Of a stretch of DNA of 64,000 nt, positions 20,023-29,422 are shown in pieces. A program made the translations under genes and the position numbers. A model generated the notes under the pieces. That model did not search any database and was not told the DNA's origin. It saw only the letters and a program-made list of their open reading frames with translations. The DNA is taken from positions 32,001-96,000 of the forward strand of contig OY970342.1 in assembly GCA_963717505.1 (NCBI GenBank), in the 5' to 3' direction. Positions within the stretch are counted from its first letter, which is position 1, and each line of letters starts with the position of its first letter. Source of the stretch: Candidatus Eiseniibacteriota bacterium. Its GTDB lineage: Bacteria; Eisenbacteria; RBG-16-71-46.

Positions 20023-22068
20023 ATGATGAAAAGGCCGCTTGTTGCACTACCGCTCATTGCCTTGATGTTCGCGCTGTCCGGTCCGACATTGGGGTCACCG
20101 GCACACGCAGCGCAAGCCGTTAGGAGCGTCGCGGTTGGAGCGATCACACGGACCTACACCCTGGACTCCGATTTCGACGAGGGCTCGCTCCTGAACGTGA
20201 ATCACGAAAGCCCCAACAACGACCAGCTTCAGCTCAATCAGTTTACCGGGCCGCTGCCGTTCATCAATGTCGCTTGCTCGCAGCGTGGAACGGTTGTTCG
20301 GATTGACATCGAGACCGGCGCCATTCTGGGCGAGTACCTCACGGCCCCGACCGGCATGAACCGCAACCCGTCGCGGACCACCGTGGACAAGAATGGCAAT
20401 GTCTGGGTTGCAAACCGCGACGAGATCGGACTCTCGGGCGGTCAGAACAAGGGGTCGATGGCTCGAATCGGGGTCATCATTGGCGGCACGCGCTGCGACG
20501 CCGACGGGACGCCGAATTCCAGCGGCCAATATCTAAAGCCACCTTTCACGTACAGCACGGTTGCCGATCGAGATGGGGACGGCCTGATCAAGACCTCCTT
20601 TGGCCTGGGGAACATTCTGCCCTGGACGAACGCGGGTGGGATGAACACACATGGAGGCGTCTCGACGGCCGAGGACGAGGCGATCATCACCTACACCCGA
20701 GTCACGGGCACGAACACCCGGACCCTGGCTGTCGACCGATGCAACGACGTTTGGGTCGGTGGAACCGGCGACTTGGATCACGAAAAAGTGAACGGATTCA
20801 CCGGGCTGCCCGTGCCTGGAACTCAAGTCAATCTCGGCTGTGGCGGTTATGGTGGCCTGATCGACGGGAACGGTGTTCTATGGTCCGCGGCCCGAATCGC
20901 CAGTGGCCTGATGCGACTCGACGTGAACTCGCTGTCGGGGACATGCCTGGGCAGCGATTGTGGGGACTATGGCCTCGGAATCGATCCCAACACCGGGAAC
21001 ATCTGGTACACCGATTTCAGCGGCAGCGCGGTCGGCGTCCTGTCCCCGGCCGGTGCCTGCCTCGCGACATTTGGTCACGGTGAGCCCAGCGCCCAAGGGA
21101 TCGCCCTGGACGGCAGCGGCAACGCATGGGTGGCGCATTCCATAGACGGTCCCTCGACTACAGTCGGCCACCTGAGAACCGACGGGACCTTTGTGGGCAA
21201 CGTGAGCCTACCGGGAGGAAGCGGACCGACCGGCGTCGCAGTGGACGGCAACGGCAAGATCTGGGTCACGAACTTCAATTCGAGCAACGTAATGCGAATC
21301 GATCCTGGCGCCGGCGGCATTGGCGGCGGCGGGTTTCCTATTGGCGCAGTCGACCTAACCGTGGACCTTGGCTCGGGAGCGGGACCCTACAACTACAGTG
21401 ATATGACGGGCTTCGTTTCAGTCGGCGCGACCTCACCCTCGGGCACGTGGACAGTCGTGCATGACAGCGGAGCGCTGGCAGGCTGGGACGGCGTGAACTG
21501 GACCGCGGACTACCCCGAGCCTGCTCCTTGCGACGCAAGAACGCCGCCGCCGCCACCAAGCGTGGGCGTCGAGGTACGCGCCGCCAACGAGCAGGCCGAT
21601 CTGCCCAATCATGCTTTTGTACAGGCTGCCAACGGCGGCGCCATTGCGGGGGTGGTCGGACGATATCTCGAGGTCCGGACAACGCTATCGCGTCCCGCCA
21701 CGGACAGTCCCTCGCCCGTTCTTTCGGACCTGACGATCATCGGTCATCTGATCGTAGGTGACGTGCCACCGGGCGCTCAGTCCAGAAAGCTTTCCCTCAG
21801 CCTTACGAACAATCCTCTGCCGGTCGGGAGCGGGAAGATGGGGATCCGCTTCGCGCTGGAACGCGCCGGGCATGTTGAGCTGAGGGTCTTCGACATATCG
21901 GGGCGCGTCCAACGGACGCTGGCGGCGGCAACTCTGCCACCCGGAGAGCATTCGGTCCTTTGGGATGGGACAGACGCAATCGGACAAACCCTTTCACCGG
22001 GAATGTACTTTGTCCGTCTGCGGGCAGAGAACCAACAAGAGGTCGCGTCAGCGTTGCTGCTGAAGTGA
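20023..22068 (+). CDS. Secreted Vgb/NHL-like beta-propeller protein with FlgD/T9SS-like C-terminal domain
   Basis: Signal peptide; repeated 'GxAVDxxGxVWV' blades; NPSRTTVD and YNYSDMTG motifs; C-terminal FDISGRVQRTL...WDGTD...PGMYFVRL. Confidence 0.8.
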   Translation: MMKRPLVALPLIALMFALSGPTLGSPAHAAQAVRSVAVGAITRTYTLDSDFDEGSLLNVNHESPNNDQLQLNQFTGPLPFINVACSQRGTVVRIDIETGAILGEYLTAPTGMNRNPSRTTVDKNGNVWVANRDEIGLSGGQNKGSMARIGVIIGGTRCDADGTPNSSGQYLKPPFTYSTVADRDGDGLIKTSFGLGNILPWTNAGGMNTHGGVSTAEDEAIITYTRVTGTNTRTLAVDRCNDVWVGGTGDLDHEKVNGFTGLPVPGTQVNLGCGGYGGLIDGNGVLWSAARIASGLMRLDVNSLSGTCLGSDCGDYGLGIDPNTGNIWYTDFSGSAVGVLSPAGACLATFGHGEPSAQGIALDGSGNAWVAHSIDGPSTTVGHLRTDGTFVGNVSLPGGSGPTGVAVDGNGKIWVTNFNSSNVMRIDPGAGGIGGGGFPIGAVDLTVDLGSGAGPYNYSDMTGFVSVGATSPSGTWTVVHDSGALAGWDGVNWTADYPEPAPCDARTPPPPPSVGVEVRAANEQADLPNHAFVQAANGGAIAGVVGRYLEVRTTLSRPATDSPSPVLSDLTIIGHLIVGDVPPGAQSRKLSLSLTNNPLPVGSGKMGIRFALERAGHVELRVFDISGRVQRTLAAATLPPGEHSVLWDGTDAIGQTLSPGMYFVRLRAENQQEVASALLLK

Positions 22069-22098
22069 TGAGCCCAGAATCGGGGCTGTTCTTCTTCT

Positions 22099-22123
22099 GC
22101 GGCCACCCCACAAGGGTGGCCGC
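22099..22123. terminator. Hairpin, possible terminator
   Basis: GCGGCCACCC-CACAA-GGGTGGCCGC perfect 10-bp stem; no U-tract follows on the + strand. Confidence 0.45.
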
Positions 22124-22218
22124 GGCTCATTACGGTGACCCCTTGCAACTCCGCCCTAACCCCGGATAGAGTCGCGCGCTCACGTTTCCCACCGACCGGC
22201 GGAGGATCCGTTTCCCCG

Positions 22219-23085
22219 ATGATGACCCAAGCCGCGCGTGTTTCGTTCGGCCTGATTGCGCTCGCATTCCTGGCTTCGGCCCTTCCCGCCCAGGCCTCGA
22301 GCCCGTGGCTTCTCGGCAAGGGCGAATTCCACAGCGAATTCCTCGGCAGCTTCCTATCGAGCGACACGTACCACGACGACACCGGTGAGCGGCCCGACCT
22401 GGGCGGGACCTACGAAGCTCGAAAGGTCGCCAACTCGACGCAGCTCGGTTGGAAGCGCAAATGGACCTTCCGCTTCGACGTGCCGTTCGAGAGCAACACG
22501 TTTCAGGAGCCCGGCACCGAAGGGATGACCCAGACGGGTTTGTCGGATCTCCTGCTCGGAGCCCGCTACGGCCTGATGGAAGGATCGACGGCGATGGCGA
22601 TCGAAGTCGCCTGGCAGGCGCCGCTCGGCTACAACCGGGACTATGTGCCGCCGCTCGGCGATGGGCGGCAAAGTGCGATCGGCATGCTCCACGCCGGCAC
22701 CACGCTCAGCGGGCTCAACGGATTCGTCCAGGGGGCGGGCGGGTATCGCGCGCGCATCGACGGCTTCGCCGACACCGATCCCGTGCAGAACGACGTCCTG
22801 GCTTCGGCCGACATGGGATTCTGGATCGGCGCTTCGCTGATGATCGCCGGCAGTTATCGTGGCCGGATCGAATCGTCCGATGCCGAGTTCCCGATCACGG
22901 AGCATCTGGTCGGGCCACGCATCACCTACCGCGTCGACGACTTTCTCGACGTCTTCGCCGGTTCGATGCACACGATCTCGGCGGAGAACGCGCTTCACCA
23001 GAACCAGTACTTCGTCGGCTTCGCAACCAAGAGGACGCAGCTCGATCGACTGAAGGGATTCTTGGGCAGCAAGCGCCGGCCCTGA
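22219..23085 (+). CDS. Outer-membrane beta-barrel hypothetical protein
   Basis: Signal peptide ending AQA; amphipathic beta-strands; GLSD..LGARY and PLGDG motifs. Confidence 0.65.
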   Translation: MMTQAARVSFGLIALAFLASALPAQASSPWLLGKGEFHSEFLGSFLSSDTYHDDTGERPDLGGTYEARKVANSTQLGWKRKWTFRFDVPFESNTFQEPGTEGMTQTGLSDLLLGARYGLMEGSTAMAIEVAWQAPLGYNRDYVPPLGDGRQSAIGMLHAGTTLSGLNGFVQGAGGYRARIDGFADTDPVQNDVLASADMGFWIGASLMIAGSYRGRIESSDAEFPITEHLVGPRITYRVDDFLDVFAGSMHTISAENALHQNQYFVGFATKRTQLDRLKGFLGSKRRP

Positions 23086-23089
23086 GCGC

Positions 23090-24937
23090 GTGACCGCGGG
23101 CTCCGGCCCCGCGGCGGGTTCCCGACTCAGGCGCCGCGACGGGTCCCCGGCCACTCGCTCCGACGGGTCCGGCACGTCGGAGACCGCTACGAACCGCGCG
23201 CTGCGATCCCGTCTCTTTCCGTACCTCGACCGCTACCGACGCGGCCTGCGCTGGGGCGTGATCGCGGTAGTCCTCACCAACATCGTCGCGCTGATCCAGC
23301 CGCAGGTGCTTCGGCTCGCGGTCGACGACCTCTATCGCGGCGTCACCGCCGAGAAGCTCGGCCGGTACGCCATGGAGCTGTTCGCGATCGGCTTGGTCGC
23401 CGGCGTATTCCGATACCTGATGCGCCAGTCGGTGATCGGGATCTCTCGACACCTCGAATACGACCTGCGCAACGACCTGTTCGCGCACCTGCAACGCCAG
23501 CCGCTCCAGTACTTCCAGCGCGTCCGCACCGGCGAAATCATGTCGCGCGCCACGAACGACTTGGCGTCGGTCCGCATGATGCTCGGCCCCGGGGTGATGC
23601 AGGTGGTCAACACGTTCACCGTGGCGGTGATCGCACTCGGGTTCATGATCGCGATCAGTCCCAAGCTGACCCTGATTTCGATCGTGCCGCTCGCCCTGAT
23701 CTCGATCACCGTGGGCGGCTTCGGCGGCGCGATCCACCGTCGTTTCGAGGAGATCCAGGAGCGCTTCGCGCGGATTTCCGCGCAGGTCCAGGAAAACCTG
23801 GCCGGAGTGCGGGTCGTGCGCGCCTTCGCCGCCGAGGACCGCGAGGTCGACGCGTTCCGCGAACTCAATCGCGACTACCTGGAGCACAATTTGTCGCTGA
23901 TCCGGGTTTCGGGGCTCTTCCACCCCCTGCTGACGCTGCTGGCCGGCGCGGCGGCGCTGGTCGGTCTCTATCTGGGCGGCCGCGAAGTCATGGACGGACG
24001 GATCACGCTCGGCGAGTTCGTCGCGTTCACCGTGTACCTGGGCATGCTCAACTGGCCCGTGCAGGCGCTCGGCTGGGTCGTGAATCTGTTCCAACGGGGA
24101 TCCGCTTCGTGGGGACGCATGGTCGAGCTGCTCGACGTTACTCCGGCCGTCGCCACGGCGCCGGGAGCGCGCGGCCCCGAGACCGTGACCGGCAGGCTCG
24201 AGTTTCGCGCGCTCACCTTCCGTTATCCGGAGACTTCGGAACCCGCGCTGCGCGATGTGAGCTTCGAGGTCCCGGCCGGCGCCACGATCGGCCTGGTCGG
24301 CCACACCGGCTCCGGCAAGTCCACACTCCTGTCGCTGGTGCCTCGGCTCTTCGATCCGCCGCCCGGCACCGTGTTGCTCGACGGCGTCGACGTGCGCGAC
24401 CTGGACCTGCACGAATTGCGGCGCCGGATCGCTTTCGTCACCCAGGATCCGTTCCTGTTCTCGACCACGGTCGCCGACAACATCGCCTACGGCGTGCCGG
24501 GCGCGGCCCGGAACCAGGTCGAAGCCGCCGCCCGCGCCGCACACATGGACGCCGATGCGCGCGCCTTCCCTTCCGGATACGACACGCTGGTCGGCGAGCG
24601 CGGCATCACGCTCTCGGGCGGCCAGAAGCAGCGCGTGACCATTGCCCGGGCCGTGCTGCGCGACGCCCCGATCCTGCTGCTCGACGATTGCCTCTCGAGC
24701 GTCGATGCCTCGGCCGAAGCGGCGATCCTCACCGAGCTGGAGCGCGTTCGCCGGCGGCGCACGACGCTGATCGCCGCCCATCGCGTGAGCGCCGTGCGCG
24801 ACGCCGACCTGATCCTGGTGCTCGAAGCCGGCGCGCTGGTCGAGCGCGGAACCCACGACGACTTGGTCGCCGCCGGCGGGCGCTACGCGCGGCTCTGCCG
24901 CGAGCAGCAGCTCGAGGAAGAGCTGGAAGCCTCATGA
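23090..24937 (+). CDS. ABC exporter half, TMD+NBD (MdlA/YheI-like)
   Basis: 6 TM helices, GHTGSGKS, LSGGQKQR, degenerate Walker B LLDD. Confidence 0.92.
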   Translation: MTAGSGPAAGSRLRRRDGSPATRSDGSGTSETATNRALRSRLFPYLDRYRRGLRWGVIAVVLTNIVALIQPQVLRLAVDDLYRGVTAEKLGRYAMELFAIGLVAGVFRYLMRQSVIGISRHLEYDLRNDLFAHLQRQPLQYFQRVRTGEIMSRATNDLASVRMMLGPGVMQVVNTFTVAVIALGFMIAISPKLTLISIVPLALISITVGGFGGAIHRRFEEIQERFARISAQVQENLAGVRVVRAFAAEDREVDAFRELNRDYLEHNLSLIRVSGLFHPLLTLLAGAAALVGLYLGGREVMDGRITLGEFVAFTVYLGMLNWPVQALGWVVNLFQRGSASWGRMVELLDVTPAVATAPGARGPETVTGRLEFRALTFRYPETSEPALRDVSFEVPAGATIGLVGHTGSGKSTLLSLVPRLFDPPPGTVLLDGVDVRDLDLHELRRRIAFVTQDPFLFSTTVADNIAYGVPGAARNQVEAAARAAHMDADARAFPSGYDTLVGERGITLSGGQKQRVTIARAVLRDAPILLLDDCLSSVDASAEAAILTELERVRRRRTTLIAAHRVSAVRDADLILVLEAGALVERGTHDDLVAAGGRYARLCREQQLEEELEAS

Positions 24938-26817
24938 GTCACGACGAAGAGCTGCACGGCAAGGCCTACGACCACCGCCTGATGAGGCGGCTGCTCGGTT
25001 ACCTGCGCCCGTATCGCGGCGAAGTGGCAATCGCGGTGGGCGTCGTGATCCTCGACGCGCTGGTCGGCCTGGCCGGCCCGTACCTCACCAAGCAGGCGAT
25101 CGACCACGGCATTCGCCATCACAACCTGGCCTTTCTCAACGAAATGGCCGTGGTCTACGTATCGGTGCTGATCATCGGGTTCGGTCTCGGGTACCTGCAT
25201 CACCAGGTCATGCAGCGCGTCGGCCAGCGCATCATGCTCGACCTGCGCATGGCCATGTTCCAGCACCTCCAGCGTCTGCCCGTCGCCTACTTCGACCGCA
25301 ATCCGATCGGGCGGCTGATGACGCGCGTCACCAACGACGTCGACGTGCTCAACGAGCTGTTCACCGGCGGCGTGGTCGCGGTGATCGGCGACTTCTTCCT
25401 GCTGATCGGCATCGTGGTCGCCATGGCCAATCTGAACATCGAGCTCCTGGCCGTGGCTTTCTCCGTGCTGCCGCTGATCGTATTGGTCACGCTGACGTTC
25501 CGCGCTCGCGTGCGGCGCCTGTTCCGCGAGATCCGCTCGCGCCTCGCCAAGCTGAACTCGTTCCTGAACGAGAATCTATCGGGCATGAGCACCGTGCAGC
25601 TCCTGAACCGCGAGGCGCGGAACCACGAGGAGTTCCGCACGGTCAACGCCGCTCACCGCGACGCCCACCTGCACACCGTGTTCTATCACGCGTTGTTCTT
25701 CCCGGCGCTGGAACTCATCGGAGCCCTCGCGATTTCACTGATCGTCTGGTACGGCGGCCGCCAGGTCATGTGGGCGGGGATTTCGCTCGGCACCTTGGTC
25801 GCGTTCATCCAGTACACGCAGCGCTTCTTCCGTCCGGTGTCAGACATCTCGGAGAAGTACGGGATCCTGCAGCAGGCGATGGCATCGGCCGAGCGCGTAT
25901 TCGGCCTGCTCGACACTCCGGCCGATCCCGCGCTGGCGCGCTCGGCCCCGAGCGCGAGTGGAGCGACGGCGACCGCCGGTTCCGGCTCCGACGGACGGCC
26001 GTTCCGCGGGCGCATCGAGTTCGACCGCGTCTGGTTCGCCTACCGCGACGACCACTGGGTGCTCGAGGACGTCAGCTTCACCATCGAGCCCGGCGAGAAA
26101 CTCGCCATCGTCGGGGCGACCGGTTCGGGCAAGACCACGATCACGAGTCTCCTGCTCGGGTTCTACGAGCCCCAGCGAGGCGAGATCCGGGTGGACGGAC
26201 GGCGGCTCGCCGACTGGGACATTCGCGAGCTGCGGCGACACATCGGAATGGCCCTGCAGGACGTGTTTCTCTTCTCGGGGACGATCGGCGGCAACCTGGC
26301 CCTCGGGGAACCCCAGCCCAGCCCGGAGGCGATCGAGCGGGCGGCGCGGGAGGTGCAGGCGCACGACTTCATTCAGCGCCTCCCGGGTTCGTACCAGGCG
26401 CCCGTCCTCGAGCGGGGCGCCACACTTTCGGTGGGCGAGCGCCAGCTCCTGGCCTTCGCGCGGGCCCTCGCGCACGAGCCGCGACTCGTGATCCTGGACG
26501 AGGCCACCTCGTCCGTGGATTCCCATACCGAGGCCCTGATCCAGTCGGCGCTCCGGCGCCTCATGAGGGGTCGCACGGCCCTGGTGATCGCCCACCGGCT
26601 CTCGACCCTGCAGGACGTGGACCGGATCGTGGTCCTCCACCGTGGGCGGGTCCGGGAGCAGGGAACCCATTACCAGCTCATGGCCCAGGGGGGCATCTAC
26701 GCCAGGCTCCGCGAGTTGCAGCGCCTGGGGGCGACCCCACGGTCCCAGCCAACCGCGGACGAGGGAGGAACCGACTTCCTAAGACAATCCCTTGACGCAC
26801 CGATGAACCTGGCTTAG
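24934..26817 (+). CDS. ABC exporter half, TMD+NBD (MdlB/YheH-like)
   Basis: ATG at 24934 overlaps the previous stop; GATGSGKT, LSVGERQ, ILDEATS, IAHRLST. Confidence 0.92.
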   Translation: MSHDEELHGKAYDHRLMRRLLGYLRPYRGEVAIAVGVVILDALVGLAGPYLTKQAIDHGIRHHNLAFLNEMAVVYVSVLIIGFGLGYLHHQVMQRVGQRIMLDLRMAMFQHLQRLPVAYFDRNPIGRLMTRVTNDVDVLNELFTGGVVAVIGDFFLLIGIVVAMANLNIELLAVAFSVLPLIVLVTLTFRARVRRLFREIRSRLAKLNSFLNENLSGMSTVQLLNREARNHEEFRTVNAAHRDAHLHTVFYHALFFPALELIGALAISLIVWYGGRQVMWAGISLGTLVAFIQYTQRFFRPVSDISEKYGILQQAMASAERVFGLLDTPADPALARSAPSASGATATAGSGSDGRPFRGRIEFDRVWFAYRDDHWVLEDVSFTIEPGEKLAIVGATGSGKTTITSLLLGFYEPQRGEIRVDGRRLADWDIRELRRHIGMALQDVFLFSGTIGGNLALGEPQPSPEAIERAAREVQAHDFIQRLPGSYQAPVLERGATLSVGERQLLAFARALAHEPRLVILDEATSSVDSHTEALIQSALRRLMRGRTALVIAHRLSTLQDVDRIVVLHRGRVREQGTHYQLMAQGGIYARLRELQRLGATPRSQPTADEGGTDFLRQSLDAPMNLA

Positions 26818-26826
26818 CCTTACTAA
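26792..26826 (+). promoter_or_regulatory. Sigma70 promoter with overlapping palindrome, upstream of XRE regulator
   Basis: TTGACG-17bp-TAGCCT; TTAG-CCTTA-CTAA at 26814-26826; GGGAGG RBS before ATG 26865. Confidence 0.55.
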
Positions 26827-26864
26827 ACGCATCCATCCTCCTCAACCCCTGCGGGAGGTAGTTC

Positions 26865-27476
26865 ATGCAACTCGGCAAGCGAATACGGGACTTGAGGTTC
26901 CGTCGGGGACTGACCGTTCAGCAGCTGGCCGATGCCAGCGGTCTCTCCAAAGGATTCATCAGTCAGGTCGAGAACGACCGCACGTCTCCCTCCCTGGCAA
27001 CACTTCGGGACCTCGCCCGGGCACTGGAAACATCGATCGCGTTCCTGGTGGTCGAGGAGGACGCGCACCCGCATGTCGTGCGGTGGCGCGACCGCCCGAA
27101 ATTCCATTTCGGCTCGAATGGGGCCGCGGTCGAGATCCTCTCGGCTCAACCGCGTCGCCAGGTCGAGGTCCTCATGACCGAACTACCCCCCGGAACGACA
27201 ACCCGCGGTAATCGCCCCAGCGACCAGGGCGAAGTCTGCGTCGTCATCGTCGACGGCAAAGTTCAGCTCACCTGTGGTGACCACTCGGTGATTCTCGAGG
27301 GCGGCGACTCCTGTCACTTCGACGGGCGAGTGCCTCACGCGTTCGAGAATTGCGGCACGGGCACGGCCCGTGTACTGATTGCAGCCACACCGGCGATCCT
27401 CGAGCCCAGTGTTCGCGTCGAGGGCGTCGGGGCGCCAGCGTCCAACGGCAAGCCCGTGGAGGTCGAGGTCACCTAG
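26865..27476 (+). CDS. XRE-family regulator with cupin domain
   Basis: HTH LADASGLSKGFISQVENDRTSPS; cupin LEGGDSCHFDGRVPH. Confidence 0.92.
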   Translation: MQLGKRIRDLRFRRGLTVQQLADASGLSKGFISQVENDRTSPSLATLRDLARALETSIAFLVVEEDAHPHVVRWRDRPKFHFGSNGAAVEILSAQPRRQVEVLMTELPPGTTTRGNRPSDQGEVCVVIVDGKVQLTCGDHSVILEGGDSCHFDGRVPHAFENCGTGTARVLIAATPAILEPSVRVEGVGAPASNGKPVEVEVT

Positions 27477-27503
27477 GACTCGTCGCACACGGATTGAACC
27501 GCG

Positions 27504-27534
27504 ACGGCGGCTCCGATGAGCCGCCGTTCTCGTT
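27504..27534 (+). terminator. Probable intrinsic terminator
   Basis: ACGGCGGCTC-CGAT-GAGCCGCCGT followed by TCTCGTT. Confidence 0.55.
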
Positions 27535-27609
27535 GCTCATCGGGCGCCGTGCGCACTCGGTTTCGGACACACGCCACTTTCCACGCGATCGGAACGAACG
27601 AGCAACGGA

Positions 27610-28920
27610 ATGCCACTTCGGGCGGTTTGGCACGATCTGCGGGACGCGACCCGATTGTTCTCGCCTCCCGCGCGACGATTCCTGCTTGCGATCTCGCTCG
27701 CGTGGGGCGGACACGGCGTCGCGCAGGTTCTGTTCAACCTGTACCTGGTCGAAGCCGGATTTCGCGAAGCGTTCGTCGGGCAGGCCGTGTCGCTCAACGG
27801 GCTCGGCCTGGCGATCATGGCGCTCCCCGCCGGAGTGCTGGCCGACCGGTGGGGCCGGCGACCCTGTCTGATCCTCGGCGCGCTGCTCGACGGCGCCGGC
27901 ATGTGGGCGCGCGCCGCCTCGCCGATCCCGGAAGTGATCGCGAGCGCGAGTTTCGTCGCCGGCGCCGGACAGGCCTTGCTGGCGATCGCGGCGCTGCCCT
28001 TCCTGACCGAGAACTCGACGCCTCGCGAGCGGACCTATCTCTTCAGCAGCTTCATCGCTGTCGAGCTGGCGGCCGGCGTAGTCGGAAGTGTCGTCGGCGG
28101 CTGGATCCCCAACGCGTTGCGAGCCCTGCCTCCAGGGTTTGCCCCCGATCTGCTCCACGCCTACCGATACACGCTGGTGCTCGGGGCCACGCTCGGCCTG
28201 TCGGCGGCGGTCCCGCTGCTCGGGCTTCCGCCCGGGCACGGGGCGGGCGGGCGGCCCGAGCCGCCGCCCCCGCTCCAAACCGGACTGCGCGACCTGTCGC
28301 TGATGGCGGTCATGTTCTTCATGATCGGATTCGGCGCCGGGCTCGTGATTCCGTTCATGAATCTTTATTTTGCCTCGCGTTTCAGTTGTTCGAGCGCGCA
28401 GATCGGCGTGTTCTTCGCGGTCGCGCAGTCGCTCACGGCGGTGGCCGCCATGGTCGCTCCGATCCTGGCGCGCACCTTCGGGGCGCTTCGCACCGCCACC
28501 GCGATGCAGCTGCTCTCGCTTCCCTTCCTGGTCACGTTGGGCTTCGAACGTCACCTGAACGTGGCGGTGGCGGCGTTCTGCATTCGCGCCACCCTGATGC
28601 AGGCAGCCTCACCCCTCCTTCAGGCGTTCGTCATGGAGGTGCTCCCCTCGCGCCTGCGCGCCCGGGCGGCGAGCGTCAACAACCTGGTATGGAACTTCGG
28701 CTGGGCGACCAGCGCAACCGTGAGCGGCTGGATCATCCAGGAATTCGGGTACGCCACGCCGTTCTACATCACGGCAGGCCTCTACGGTTCCGCGAGCCTC
28801 TACTTCTACTCGGTGTTTCGAAAGCGCCGGCCGGCGGAAGAAGCTCGGCCACCGGACCCAGAGGCCCTGATGCCCGAGGAGGCGAAGGGGCTGCGCGGCG
28901 AGGGGCCGTTCACCGAGTAG
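27610..28920 (+). CDS. MFS transporter
   Basis: Motif A GVLADRWGRR; about 12 TM helices. Confidence 0.9.
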   Translation: MPLRAVWHDLRDATRLFSPPARRFLLAISLAWGGHGVAQVLFNLYLVEAGFREAFVGQAVSLNGLGLAIMALPAGVLADRWGRRPCLILGALLDGAGMWARAASPIPEVIASASFVAGAGQALLAIAALPFLTENSTPRERTYLFSSFIAVELAAGVVGSVVGGWIPNALRALPPGFAPDLLHAYRYTLVLGATLGLSAAVPLLGLPPGHGAGGRPEPPPPLQTGLRDLSLMAVMFFMIGFGAGLVIPFMNLYFASRFSCSSAQIGVFFAVAQSLTAVAAMVAPILARTFGALRTATAMQLLSLPFLVTLGFERHLNVAVAAFCIRATLMQAASPLLQAFVMEVLPSRLRARAASVNNLVWNFGWATSATVSGWIIQEFGYATPFYITAGLYGSASLYFYSVFRKRRPAEEARPPDPEALMPEEAKGLRGEGPFTE

Positions 28921-29031
28921 CCCGGATCGGCCTTCCCGCAGCGGCGTGCGTCGGGCTGGCGAGCGGACCCGGCTCGTCCTACGATAGGCGCCGCGCCAGG
29001 GGATGGCGCGCGACTGAGCCAGGGAGGTTCC

Positions 29032-29421
29032 ATGAAGAAACTGGTCATGCTGGTCCTGTTCGGGGCCGCGATCTGGGTGGCGTGGAAACAATGGCCCACC
29101 CTGTTCGACCGCAGACCGATGCACGAAGTGGTCGTGAGCAACGAGACGCCCTACTCGATCGAACGCCTGCGCGTCTCCATCGGCACGAGGACCTTTGTCG
29201 AGGACACGCTCGGCGCCGGCAAGACGTTCCGCTTTCCCTTCGCGTCGAACGGGGACTCGGAAATCCGGATGGTGTGGGAATGGACCCACAAGATCGGCGA
29301 GGCCCACTGGAGCGGTGGTCGCATCGCCTCCGGGCCGGAAGTCCAGCGCCATCGGATCCGAATCGACCCGGATGGCGGGGTGGTCTACGTCGCAGAGCCG
29401 AAGGTTGGGATGGAACGCTGA
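29032..29421 (+). CDS. Hypothetical membrane-anchored protein
   Basis: GGGAGG RBS; N-terminal TM helix followed by a beta-rich domain. Confidence 0.7.
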   Translation: MKKLVMLVLFGAAIWVAWKQWPTLFDRRPMHEVVVSNETPYSIERLRVSIGTRTFVEDTLGAGKTFRFPFASNGDSEIRMVWEWTHKIGEAHWSGGRIASGPEVQRHRIRIDPDGGVVYVAEPKVGMER

Positions 29422-29422
29422 T

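Noticed and set aside
24109-24933. N-terminal extension of the 902-aa ABC ORF, and similar extensions on nuoJ, nuoK, etfA, lysA, E1alpha and PorV
   Set aside because: Longest-ORF artefacts overlapping upstream genes; true starts are coupled to upstream stops or have an RBS.
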